A stretch of DNA of 63,890 nucleotides, counting the filler, from Xylographa opegraphella (lineage: Eukaryota), in assembly GCA_022813865.1 (NCBI GenBank). It is 3 parts of 3 records of this genome, joined end to end, with 100 filler letters (N's around TTAATTAATTAA, not from the genome) between each part and the next. Parts side by side here need not be neighbours in the genome. Positions count along the whole stretch, not along the records: positions 1 to 28,032 come from JALDZX010000123.1; positions 28,133 to 55,757 come from JALDZX010000124.1; 1 more part is not named here. One strand, given 5' to 3'. How positions within the stretch are numbered: the stretch's first letter is position 1; every line of letters starts with the position of its first letter. Shown piece after piece: positions 26,201 through 38,337 of the stretch. A model generated the notes under the pieces. It did not search any database. It was not told the origin of the DNA and saw only the letters and a list, made by a program, of their open reading frames with translations. Both the position numbers and the translations under genes were made by a program.

Positions 26201-28030
26201 TAATACTTATTTTGTAATCGATTAAAATAAATTTAAATTTAAAAACGTTATTACTACAAATTATTATAAATTTTATTTCAAATTAAAATTTCATAATTCG
26301 TTTTTATTTATTTAATTTAACCATCGCGTTTGATTTTTATTTTAACGAAATGTTTTAAATTTTGTTAATATAGTTATTTACGATAAAAAAAATTAAAAAA
26401 AAGTTCGCAAAATATTAATAAAGTTTTATATATATTAATTGAAATTAAAACGAAAATTTTAAATTTACGCTTATTTACGACGTAATTTTTGATCTTGAAA
26501 TGTTGAAAAAACGCAGACTTCGCAAATATCATTAATATTTTCTGAAACGATAATTAACTTTTAGATTTTAATTATTCTATACAAATTTTTTATTTTAATA
26601 TATTTTAAATACCCGAAACGATAATATTAAAGATTATATTTTATATTTTAAACCATATTATTATTAAACGACGTAATTTTTTTTCATATAAATATAAAAT
26701 TTATATTATTAACTAGCCATTTAGGCTACTTTGAATAAATATAAAAATATTAATTAATTTAAAAGATTTAGTCGTTTTAATATTTTAAATAAATAATATA
26801 TACTCGGCTTTGCTGCGAGTAAAAATAATAAAAACGAAATCATTATTTTTTTATTATTTTTTAAATAATATATACGCTACTTTCTTTTCGAGTAATAATT
26901 TAATTAATTATCGTTTTAATCGTATATATATACGGTTTTTTATTAAAATTACTACCTAACCTTTTCTCGTATATTCGTTTATTAAAAAATTAACATTAAA
27001 ATTAAAAATATAAAAATTAAAATTAAAAATACTGATTTCGTATAATAATCGTGTCAGCGTAATTAATATATAGTTTTCTTTACTTAACCTTTATTCGACG
27101 CTTTTAAAGTTTAATTAAAAATTTATTAAAAAATTTAAATTAATTAATTATATAAAAAACGTTAAAATTAACTATTTAATCAAATTTAAAAACTTTATTA
27201 ATAAAATTTTTAAAAAAACGGCGATTTCGATCGCTTTATTTTTTATATCGATTTTAAAGGTTCGTTAATTCATTATCGTTTAATTAGCTTTTAGCGTTAT
27301 ATTCGCGATAGCCCTTGCCTCGAGTATTTCGTAAATTTTTTTATTTTTATTAATAATTTTTGTTACGGCTCATCAACTCACCACACAAGCACGCCTAGAA
27401 CGTAAGCTTTAGGTGGACGATTTNAACCCAGATTAAGATGGAGAAGCGGTGAGGCTGCTCCATGGGCGAGACTATATACTAAAGGTGCTAGTTCTGATCC
27501 AGCCCGACCCCTATCACCTGTGACTGATGTCATAGCCGTCACAATTTTACTGTTAAATAATTTATATTTAAACAAGCTATTTAAACGTTTCGTATCGATT
27601 TACTTTTTAGCGTACAAGGTTTAATTATAATTTATCAAATAATATTTTCTTTAATAAAAAAAAGAATTATTTAATTTACCATAACGAAACTTCGATCATT
27701 CGAAATTAAATAAAATTTTTTAAGAATAAAAAATACCATTTTTATTATTTCTTTCGCGGTCGCTTTATTTAATTTAAAAAATAATATTTTTTGAAGTTTT
27801 AAAACGAGCCTTTTTTTAATAAGTTAACGAATTCTTTCTTAACGTCGTAAACTTTTTATACGTTAAAATTATTTTTAAATATTCTATATTCTTTTAAAAA
27901 CGAATAGAAAAAGAATTAAAAAATTTTAATAATATCGAAAGCAATCGCTAGTATAAAAATTATTACTATAATTTTTTTTAATTTTTTTTAATTTTTTTTA
28001 ATTTTTTTTAATTTTTTTTAATTTTTTTTA
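23291..28030 (-). mobile_element. Ty1/Copia element (3' LTR from 23291), truncated by a contig join
   Basis: Family D LTR. Minus strand gca gat aaa tta att aag ccg ctg is a RIP-type version of ADGLTKPL, and LSSCAKE lies near 23865-23890. Confidence 0.8.
27361..27543. mobile_element. Solo LTR, family B
   Basis: TG...CA ends and ATTTT TSD. Confidence 0.92.
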
Positions 28031-28032
28031 AT

Positions 28033-28132
28033 NNNNNNNNNNNNNNNNNNNNNNNNNNNNNNNNNNNNNNNNNNNNTTAATTAATTAANNNNNNNNNNNN
28101 NNNNNNNNNNNNNNNNNNNNNNNNNNNNNNNN
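28033..28132. other. Artificial contig-join spacer (N44-TTAATTAATTAA-N44)
   Basis: Exactly 100 bp with stops in all six frames. The identical structure occurs at 55758-55857. Confidence 0.95.
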
Positions 28133-28192
28133 TTGACGAATCCAACCCAGATCCCTAATCGAACTATACTAGTGAGAGGCAGGATCGTAACA
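28133..28192 (+). mobile_element. 3' end of a family C LTR at a contig edge
   Basis: Matches the end of 58176-58519 (...gagaggcaggatcgtaaca). Confidence 0.85.
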
Positions 28193-28272
28193 CCTGTGCC
28201 TAGTGATTAGTTTCAATATAAAAAATATTTTATTAAACAACGTTATTTTTAATATTTTTACTCGATGTTTAT

Positions 28273-28503
28273 TGTTACAGCTCGCTATCTCACCAGAAAA
28301 GCAGGCCTAGAAACTCAGCTATAGGTGAGCGATTTCAACCTAGAATAATATAAGGAAGCAAGTTTAGTAATACACGTAGAAGTTAAAATAAACAGTGCTA
28401 ACGCCAAGATTTTTAACCGTTTTCGAATTAGCCTGAGTCCCGGACGCGCTTTAGTCCCGTTCCGTCTATCACTTATCAAGGTGCCATGTAACACGCCGTT
28501 ACA
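28273..28503. mobile_element. Family A LTR without a matching TSD
   Basis: Homologous to 12558-12787. The flanks TTTAT and ATTTT differ. Confidence 0.88.
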
Positions 28504-29680
28504 ATTTTTATAGTATTAAACTTTTTTTAACTATATATATTTTTATTATTAATATATATATATAAAATAAAATTGTTTTTTTCGTTTTCGACAATCGTTC
28601 GATTCATTTTCGCTTTAATTTAAAATTCGTTTAAATTACATTTCAAATAATTCTTTAATTTAAAAACATTATAAAAAACTTCGATAAATTTTTTTAAAGT
28701 CATAGGAACTTGCGAATCGTATAATTAAATAAATTTGAACAGAATAAAATTAAAGATTAAAGATTAAAAAAGTAGCGAATCGATAATTTAATTATTTTGA
28801 ATAATATTTTATAATAAAAATTAATTATAAAAAATAATTAAAATAATTTAAAATTAATAATTTCTTTTTTAAACGAAGCGAACTGACGCTTACGAAAAAA
28901 AGAATTATTAAAATTATAAATATTTTATTACCAGTTATTTTAATCTAATTAAAATATAAATTATATTTTATTAATTGATCAGTTTTTAAATTTATTATAA
29001 TATTTATATACAAAATAACGAAAATATTTAATCGATAAAAATAAAAATTAATAGTTTAATTAATCGTGATTTAATTATTTTCGTAGTGATTTAATTTTTT
29101 TTAAAATTCAAAATAATTTTAAAATAACTAAAATCGTTTTAAATTAAAACCCTGGTCCGTTTCGATTGGAACGCCGCTAAAAAATAATTAATTAAATAAA
29201 ATTTTAAAATAAATTTAAGACCGGCGAAAACTAAGTTGCTAAATCTTTTTAATGAAATTTACTTATAAATATCTACCTTACGCTTGCAGCCAAGAATTTG
29301 TATGAAAGTTTGATTGGAGTTGCGACTGGGTACCTTAGTAAGACACAGATTCAGCCCTAATTGGTTGATAAACGGTGGGCGGCCCGACTCTTAGCGTTGA
29401 CACAGTATAGATGTGGAACGATTGTACAGCTGGCTAAAGCGCAAGGCATTGAACCTCACTTGAATCTACCTTACCGAGGTGCTTCACGGCGCACGGCGCT
29501 AAGGTAAGCTGCGACTTGTAACTATAACAAGTCTCAAGTACTCCCAGGTCCGACAGTGACAGCGCAGAAATAGTTCGCTCCTCAAGGGGCTTCACACTTG
29601 GCAGGGCATGAATGCCTGGAAGGAAGAAGTAGCTCACAGTAACACCTTGTTCTTACAAATTACTTCAGCACGAGAAAAGT

Positions 29681-31435
29681 ATGAATCGGCACCATGTGTA
29701 TGGAAATGGTCAGAAGGCATATCCCATGAGTGGGACCGGCTTATCGATTTCTCCACATAGGTACGAAAATCATTTCGCCAAGTAGTCTGGACACTTTTCA
29801 TATAATCAAAAGCGCACTTCATAGCTAACATTTTTATTCCGTCAGATTCCAGCCAAAGTCTCAACCAGCACTACGCCGACGGAGGAAACTGATGATGCGA
29901 ATAGCCCTAATTGGAGGCGCCTCAATTTTCATCATCCTTCTGCTCTTCCCCAGAATTCGGCCCTTCGTACTTCCCACGTTGTCACTTGGGCTCCTATCTG
30001 GTGCAGACAACATTCAACTAGAGACTGTGCGATATTATGATCTGTCCGATGTGCAAGGGTCAGCAAGGGGCTGGGAACGGGAAGAGCGGGTCTTGCTCTG
30101 TGCACCACTCAGAGATGCCGAGTCGCACCTGCCCATGTTCTTCGCACACCTGCGTAACTTTACGTATCCTCATCATCTAATTGACCTGGCATTCTTGGTC
30201 TCCGATTCGAAGGACCGTACATTACCTTTACTCTCAGAGCTACTTGACAATTTGCAAGCGGATCCTGATCAAAATCAACCCTATGGTGAAATATCAATTA
30301 TCGAAAAGGATTTTGGTCAAAAAGTTAACCAAGACGTTGAGAGCCGGCATGGATTCGCGGCTCAAGCAAGCCGTAGAAAACTCATGGCTCAGGCCAGAAA
30401 CTGGTTATTGAGCTCGGCCCTGCGTCCTACCCACAGCTGGGTCTACTGGAGAGACGTGGACGTCGAGACCGCTCCGTTCACTATTCTCGAGGATCTGATG
30501 CGACATAATAAGGATGTAATCGTGCCCAGTAAGTCGGAAAGGCGCAACTGCTCCACATCTTGTAGCTGACTTTTCTGTTCCAGACGTCTGGCGTCCTTTA
30601 CCGGACTGGCTTGGCGGAGAGCAGCCCTATGATCTCAATTCATGGCAGGAATCCGAGACTGCCTTGGCCTTGGCTGACACGCTGGACGAAGACGCCGTCA
30701 TAGTGGAAGGTTACGCGGAATATGCGACATGGCGACCGCACCTTGCATATCTAAGAGACCCGTATGGCGATCCGGATATGGAGATGGAGATCGACGGGGT
30801 TGGCGGAGTTAGTATTCTTGCGAAGGCGAAAGTGTTCAGATCTGGCGTGCATTTTCCGGCTTTCAGCTTTGAGAAGCATGCAGAGACTGAGGGTTTTGGC
30901 AAGGTTGGTTGTTCAACGTGCAATGAAGATGTTCATGAACCATGACTAAATTTTTACTCAGATGGCTAAGCGCATGAAATTCTCGGTTGTGGGCTTGCCG
31001 CATTACACTGTTTGGCATCTTTATGAGCCCAGTGTGGATGACATCCGCCATATGGAAGAAATGGCTCAAGAGCAGAGGAATCGCGAGAATGAAGAAAAGG
31101 AACGTGCGGAGCGTATTAAGAAGATCAAAGATGAATTTAAGGAGTCTAACAACCAATGGGAGAACGACAAGAATGAGCTCCAAAACATCGCGCTAAAAGA
31201 AGAGGAGCAAACCAATGTCGAGAGAATCGTGCATATAGGGGCTGAAGAAGGTCCAATAGTGCAAGGGGTCAAGGAATCGACTGAGTCGAACAACCAAGTC
31301 CCCACCTTTGCATTAACCGAAACCTATCAGCAGCCAAAAGATGCTGTTGAAGCCATCCGACCGAGTAAAGATGGAGCAGCTCTAGAGGAAGATATGGCGT
31401 CGCAAGATCCTTCAAAGGTCAAGAGCAACACTTGA
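29681..31435 (+). CDS. VAN1: Mannan polymerase subunit of the Anp1/Van1/Mnn9 (GT62) family, Van1-like; exons 29681-29760, 29846-30528, 30584-30903, 30962-31435
   Basis: N-terminal TM segment, plus ETVRYYDL, WVYWRDVDVE, NVWRPLPDWLG and FPAFSFEKHAETE motifs as in yeast Van1. Canonical introns keep the frame. Confidence 0.9.
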
Positions 31436-32247
31436 GACCAATCTGACATTAATGTACCGGATTGCTTCCCTCGTCATGGTTATTCTCTTGGGACCGGTCG
31501 TGATCTGGGAATGTGTCCTCTGCCACACGGCACAACAGAGAGGCGTGTCATTGACCTGTGTTCCAACGTTCGAAAAGTGCATGTGGTTTGGCGCAGGACC
31601 AATACTTAGGCACTGTATATACGAATGCCGGCTGGTACGTATAATGCGCGGAGTGTTTGCCGTGAAGAACGATTCGTCTTGCTCGGTTCTCGCTGGATGG
31701 TATGTCAGCTTTCAGTTCAGCTTAAATACGTTAAAGGCATTGGTCTGGTAGGATTACATTGGGACGCATATGTATGGAGTTGTCGATGTGATATACTGTC
31801 TAGCCTAACATGTATAAAAATGTAACTGGGTAAGAAACATGCCGATAGATGAGGACATCTACGAGTAAATTGGTAGGTAGTCTCTCTCTAAACCATCAAT
31901 CTATGCCAATCTGCCATATAAAATAACCTTGCACTGTTTCTTCTGCAGAGCAGTCGTTGCATACTGATTCTCCCATAAGAGTGGCCTACAGGCTACAGGT
32001 AAGCTACAACTCTAAAGTGCGGAAGTTCGATTTGGATGCTTGGCAACGGCCTTAGCTGTCAAGTCTCGAGGATACACATATTTTTCTCCAACGCAAAATC
32101 CATTCGATGGAAAATCAAGATTGGGAGACCGCGGGACGCCATGAGCTCTCATAGCATGCGAAAGCGAATTCTCGAGCCTATCTCAAGTCCTTGACCAACG
32201 TTTTCTGAGTGAGCTGGTAATTGAGGACTACACGCTTCTGGCGCAGC

Positions 32248-35200
32248 ATGACCGAGTTCCAGAATTCTAATGAACATGGTTCTCAAAACCTGGATCACAA
32301 CGTCTCAAGTGCATATCCGAAAAGTCAGGGAGGCATTCGTTTACCCGATGTGGTGCTCGAAGGGCATCCGATATTGAAGGAGCTGGGGAAGACGGATTTC
32401 GTCCCTTCATCGAGGGTAGCCATCGCCATCGATCCTGTGGCCTTGATCACGACAGAATGTATTACCGTAACCTCAGCGATGCGCAAGCATGCAAGGTGGG
32501 CACACTCTTCTGTTTCCGCGATTCTAGGGGGATCATCTATTTCATATCGAACAGGACCGTCAAGCACCTCAAATGGTAGCGCGCAACGAAGCTCAGTCAA
32601 AGTGCCCCTGACTGGAACGCAGAGGGAAATAGGAGGCTCGACCGCAAACAATGAAGGTAGCCTTACTGGGCTATGGGGCCTTCGAGGCAAGAAGGGGAAG
32701 AGTATGCAGGACAACCCTCTGATGTCGGCATTTGCACGATTGAGGGGTGAGCTCAGAGGCTGTCAAGGTTCATCGAAATCCGTCTTGCTCATCAATCCAA
32801 GCTAACATATGATAGATATTCGAAGTTTTGACATCCCATCTTTACTTCATCCGTTCCTCCAGGTCATCCGCTCGTCTTCAACTTCGGCGCCCATCACATC
32901 CTTGGCTTTAATAGCAATTACGAAGTTCTTCGCTTATAATCTTATCAGCAGAAGCTCTCCACGGTTGTCTGTTGGATTGCAACTTCTGTCGGCTGCCATT
33001 ACGCATTGCCGTTTTGAGGCTAGCGATTCAGCCGCGGATGAGATTGTACTTTTACGGATACTGAAGCTTATGGAAGTAATGCTCTCTGGTCCAGGTGGCG
33101 ACTTACTCGGGGATGAGAGCGTCTGCGAAATGATGGAGACTGGCTTGAGTATGTGTTGCCAGATACGACTTTCGGAATTACTCAGACGATCCGCCGAGGT
33201 TTCCATGATCACAATGTGCCAAATACTGTTTGAGCGTCTAAAGCATCTCGAGGACGAAGTCGGAGGTGACGGTGTAGCTCTGGATCAGACTACGCTTCAC
33301 GCTGAACGTACAGAATTAAAAATGGATGCTCCACTTACAGGTACCAATGCTGCGTCTCCACAACGTACAACAGTTACTACGCCGCATTCGTCACATATTA
33401 CATCTAGCCGCAACGTCCAGCAGGATGTCCTGGAGACACGAGGTTCAACTAGTTTCGACCTGCAAATGGATAGTAACGATGTAGGCATGAATAATGCTGT
33501 TAATGGAAACATAACAAATGTGACACAGGTTCCACCACCAGATAAGCAAGAAGTTATGGATATCAGACCATATTCTTTACCTTCTATCAGAGAGCTCTTT
33601 CGAGTCCTGGTCAATATCCTCGATCCGCACGATCGACAACATACGGACCCAATGAGGATAATGGCTTTGAGAATAATTGATGTGGCCCTGGAGGTCGCTG
33701 GCCCGTCAATTGCGAAACATGCAGGGCTTGCATCTTTAGCAAAAGATCATCTCTGCCGGAATCTTTTTCAATTAGTACGATCTGATAACATAAACCTTCT
33801 GAACGAATCGCTACGAGTCGCCGGCACGCTTTTAGCCACATGTAGAGGGATATTGAAACTCCAGCAAGAGCTGTTCCTCTCATATCTAGTTGCATGCTTA
33901 CATCCTCGAGTTGAGATACCACGTGAATCAGGTATAGACCCGTCGCTCTATGAAGGAGTACCATACATGCCGAAGCTTGTGAAGCAGCCACCCTCATCGT
34001 CGAGCAGCGGCCGATCGACACCTGTACCTGTGAAGGACCGGCAGAAATTGGGCATGGAGGGTGGCTCGCGCAAACCTGATGCGCGGGAGGCTATGGTCGA
34101 AAACGTAGGTGCGTTGACGAGAATTCCAAGCTTCTTCGCCGAACTGTTTGTAAACTACGATTGCGAAGTCGACCGTAGTGACCTCTGTGAGGACCTTGTG
34201 GGCCTGCTTTCAAGGAACGCTCTTCCAGACTCGGCAACTTGGAGTACTACGAACGTCCCACCGTTGTGTTTGGACGCCTTGCTAAGCTACATTCAATTCA
34301 TGACAGACCGTCTCGAGGACGAGGTGCTCCCTGGAGGCTGTCTTGATCCGAAGAAGCTTCGGAGACAAAGATATCGTAAAAAAATTATAATCAAGGGGGT
34401 CAACAAGTTTAACGAAAGTCCCAGGGCTGGAATTTCATACCTGGCTTCCCAAGGTATCATTGAAAATCCCGACGATCCTCAGTCTGTTGCGCAATTCCTG
34501 AAAGGCACAACGCGAATATCAAAGAAAGTATTAGGTGAATACATTTCGAAGCTCGCCAATGAGCCTCTCCTGCGAGCATTCCTTGATTTCTTCGATTTCA
34601 CGGACAAAAGGGTGGATGAAGCCCTACGAGATCTGCTTGGTGCTTTCCGCTTACCCGGAGAATCTGCTCTTATAGAACGGATCGTGACTGTATTCGCAGA
34701 GAAATATTGTGCCAACTCGACCCCGGAAGGTATTGCTGACAAGGATAGCGTCTTCGTACTGACATATGCTATCATCATGCTTAATACTGATCAACACAAT
34801 CCTAATGTGAAGACTCAAAACAGAATGGCTCTTGCTGACTTTGCGAAGAATTTGCGTGGCGTCAATGGTGGAAAAGACTTCGACTCTCAGTACTTGCAAG
34901 ATATTTATGATTCGATTAAGAATAACGAGATTATATTGCCTGATGAGCATGATAATAAAAACGCATTCGACTATGCTTGGAAAGAACTTCTGCTCAAAAC
35001 TGATACAGCTGGCGACCTTGTGATATTCGATACAAATGTTTTCGACGCGGACATGTTTGAAGCTACTTGGAAGCCTGTTGTGGCTACGTTGTCATATGTT
35101 TTCATGTCAGCTTCAGAAGACGCCGTATACCAAAGAGTGGTTGCTGGGTTTGATCAATGTGCTCAGATTGCAGCCAGATACAATGTGACGGAAGCTCTTG

Positions 35201-37498
35201 ATCACATCATTTATTGTCTGGCTACGATAACGACACTAGCATCCAATGCGTTACCAAATACAAGTCTGAACACAGAGGTCCAGGTTGGCAAGCAGAGTGT
35301 CATGGTAAGTGAGCTGGCGGTAAAGTTCGGTCGAGACTATCGAGCGCAGCTGGCTATGGTTGTGCTTTTCAGGGGTGTAATCGCTGCCAATGAGGCAAAA
35401 ATCCAGAAAGGCTGGGAGATGGTTTGTAATTAAAATATTTCGTGGTGGAACAATGCTTACATATGATAAGATCTCGCGGATATGGCTGAATTTGTTCGCG
35501 AATTCGCTTATTCCTGCTTATTTTCATCACCTACATCCTCTTCTAGAGATACCACCTATTCCAATTCAGTCTCCTCATGTTGTCAATCGAGAAGGACGCT
35601 CGATCGAGAGCGGCCTCTTTCAAAGCTTCACCTCCTATTTATCCAGCTATGCAGCAGATGATCCTCCGGAGCCATCTGATGAAGAATTGAGCGACACTTT
35701 ATGCACTGTTGACTGCCTTGCTGCCTGCCCAATGGAAGAGATCTTTACCAATATCTTGTGAGTACACACGTACCAATTCATAATGAGAAGCCATATTAAA
35801 GCCGTTAGAACGCTTCCCCCAAAGCCTCTGGCTGCTCTTACACATGCCTTGTTGAATCAAATACCTGAGGAATCTTCACCAGCGGTGATTGTGGTTAAGC
35901 CTGAACCAGGATCATCCAATCCTAAAGTGAACGGACAGAGCCAAAGCTTGATTACACCTAGCTACGATCCTTCAGTAGTCTACATTTTAGAGATCTCGAC
36001 TATGTTCGCCATTCGAGACCAGGTCTCCACAGCGACCATTGGCCAGGACGTTGCAGAAGCACTACAGAACATCGTTCGGAATGCTGCCAATAATCACTCA
36101 CTAATAGTGTCGAGAGCAGTATTCTACCTCCTTACTCTTCTGAGTGCCAGTCATGTAAGTTGATAGCCACACTGTCTTGGTTGTGCTAACAACGAATAGG
36201 ACCAACTATTTATTCGCGCTCCCGTCATATTACACACGATCTCTAGCCTGGATCAATCGATATCGGAGAATGCCGCTCTACCGTTATCAAAGGGCTTGAC
36301 TTCGTGTATACGAGGTCCACGCCCCCTTAGAAATGAGATAGCCAATACACCGGATTTCTGGTCCATCATAAGTGGTCTACATACGATACCTGTAGCGGCT
36401 GGTCCCGTTTTCGAAATACTTGTGGATATTATGGCAGATAAGCCATCAGCTATTACAGCAGATAATTACGAATTCGCTATACAAGCTCTCAATGATTTCG
36501 CCACTGCTGGAAGTGTGGGTGCAGTTGTAGAACAGACACGTGACAGAAAAGTACGTCGACCGAAAGCCATCAAGTCGATTGAGCCACGGTGAGAGATCTA
36601 TCATATTCATAGATACTTGCGCTTATAGTCGGGTAGCAATCAAGAGCTTGTCAGCCATGCCATCCGAGCGGTCACGATGATTTGGCAATTGAGTAGCAGA
36701 GTCCCTGCTCTGATCGAGCAGTCCCATTTGGAACGAAAAGAAGGTAATCTGCGCTCTGTTCAATTCTGGGTTCAGTGTTGCTCACAAAACATAAGCGTGG
36801 ACTGCGTATTGGTCGCCCATCTTCCGGGCCCTTAACACTCAATGCGTCAATCCATGCCGGGAAATCCGACAGCAAGCCTTTTCAGGCCTTCAACGTGCCT
36901 TACTTTCGCCCGAGCTTGCGTCAGCAGATCACCAGGAATGGACTGCAATCTTTGGAGAGGTCCTCTTTCCACTCATATTGCAGCTTCTGAGACCGGAGGT
37001 CTACCACTCAGATCCCCTTGGTATGAGTGAGACCCGAGTTCAAGCGGCCACACTACTTTGTAAGATTTTCCTTCATTATCTCGTCCTGCTCTCGGAATGG
37101 GATGGGATGCTGGAGCTTTGGTTAAGGATATTGGATATCATGGACCGTTTGATGAATAGCGGGCAAGGCGATAGCTTGGTATATATGCACTCCTCGATAA
37201 AAATGATACTCCACTGTCAGATCTGACCCTTAAGTAGGAAGAAGCCGTTCCCGAAAGCCTTAAGAACATTCTTCTAGTGATGGCAAACGGAGGATACCTG
37301 GCCCCACCATCAGGAAATCCTCAATATGCAAGATTATGGGAAGAAACGTGGAAGCGGCTCGCAAGGTTCTTGCCGGGCATGTTTCAAGAAATATTCCCTG
37401 ATCCTCCGGAACTTCCTCGCGTGGCTGCTGCAGAGCAGCCGCAGATAGAAGAACTCAAACTCAAGGTTGAGGAAGTCCCTGATGAGAGCGAATCGTAG
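32248..37498 (+). CDS. GEA2: Sec7-domain Arf guanine-nucleotide exchange factor, GBF1/Gea family, multi-exon
   Basis: DCB region (PFLQVIRS...HCRFEASD), HUS box (FVNYDCE), Sec7 motifs (FRLPGES..IERI, YAIIMLNTDQHN) and C-terminal EAVPESLKNILLVM. The paralog number is nominal. Confidence 0.9.
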
Positions 37499-38337
37499 GT
37501 TGGGAAGATTATACATATCACACGTTCAGTTTTGATTTTAGTGTCCTTATGCTCGGTGATGTTGTGCAGGTTTTCAACATTGTAGAGCAGGAAGCGACCC
37601 GGTTGGGAAACCCCAATACCGGGGTGATAAAATTGTTTATCCCTATATACGATTAATTCATTCACGGGTATAGTAGTCATGGTCAGAATGGGTATCGTAA
37701 AGATGTATCGGGCGCCTCTACTTATGCAAATGTCTCTTTATTGGACCAGCAGATTTGAGAGCATGAAAATGACGATAATCTACATTTGATCCACATGTGC
37801 GAGAATTATCTTCTATCTTCAGGCTATAGTTTAATATAATCTTTTTTATTATTTTTCATGAATCAAGCACTTCTAGCATGCCACCAAGCTTCGACCAGAA
37901 CGAACGACATACTAAATCTGTGACTTGCCGCAAGCAAATGCGACGTAAGTACCACAGCTTTCCGTGCTGGATATGAAACTTCTAATTCTTTCCTGTGCTT
38001 CTCTGTCTGTGGCCTTGTCCGCCCCCAGCTTTGGCCAGAATCGAGGCTATGTATCGTAGCTATCTCTAACCACGAACGTAACGCAACACGCAGAAAGTTT
38101 TATTGCATCTCCATCCATATCCAACAACCACCAACATGTCTGAAGTTTTAGTATTAGTAGCGCAGATTCCGAAGTTTGGTGCCGCTGAAATTTATCTAAT
38201 CTCAGCACTTCTTGGTGGATGGAGTCTGGTATGGTAAACCTTAGAGCATCAACTTCTCATTTTGCCGGCAATTGTTACAACCGGGGCATAATCGCAGTGC
38301 GCCTTGAAGTATTCGGGGCTTTCAATGTCCTTCCACC

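Noticed and set aside
28033..28132. Palindromic TTAATTAATTAA between N runs, repeated at 55758-55857
   Set aside because: It is a synthetic six-frame-stop spacer of exactly 100 bp. It is not biological, and adjacency across it is unproven.
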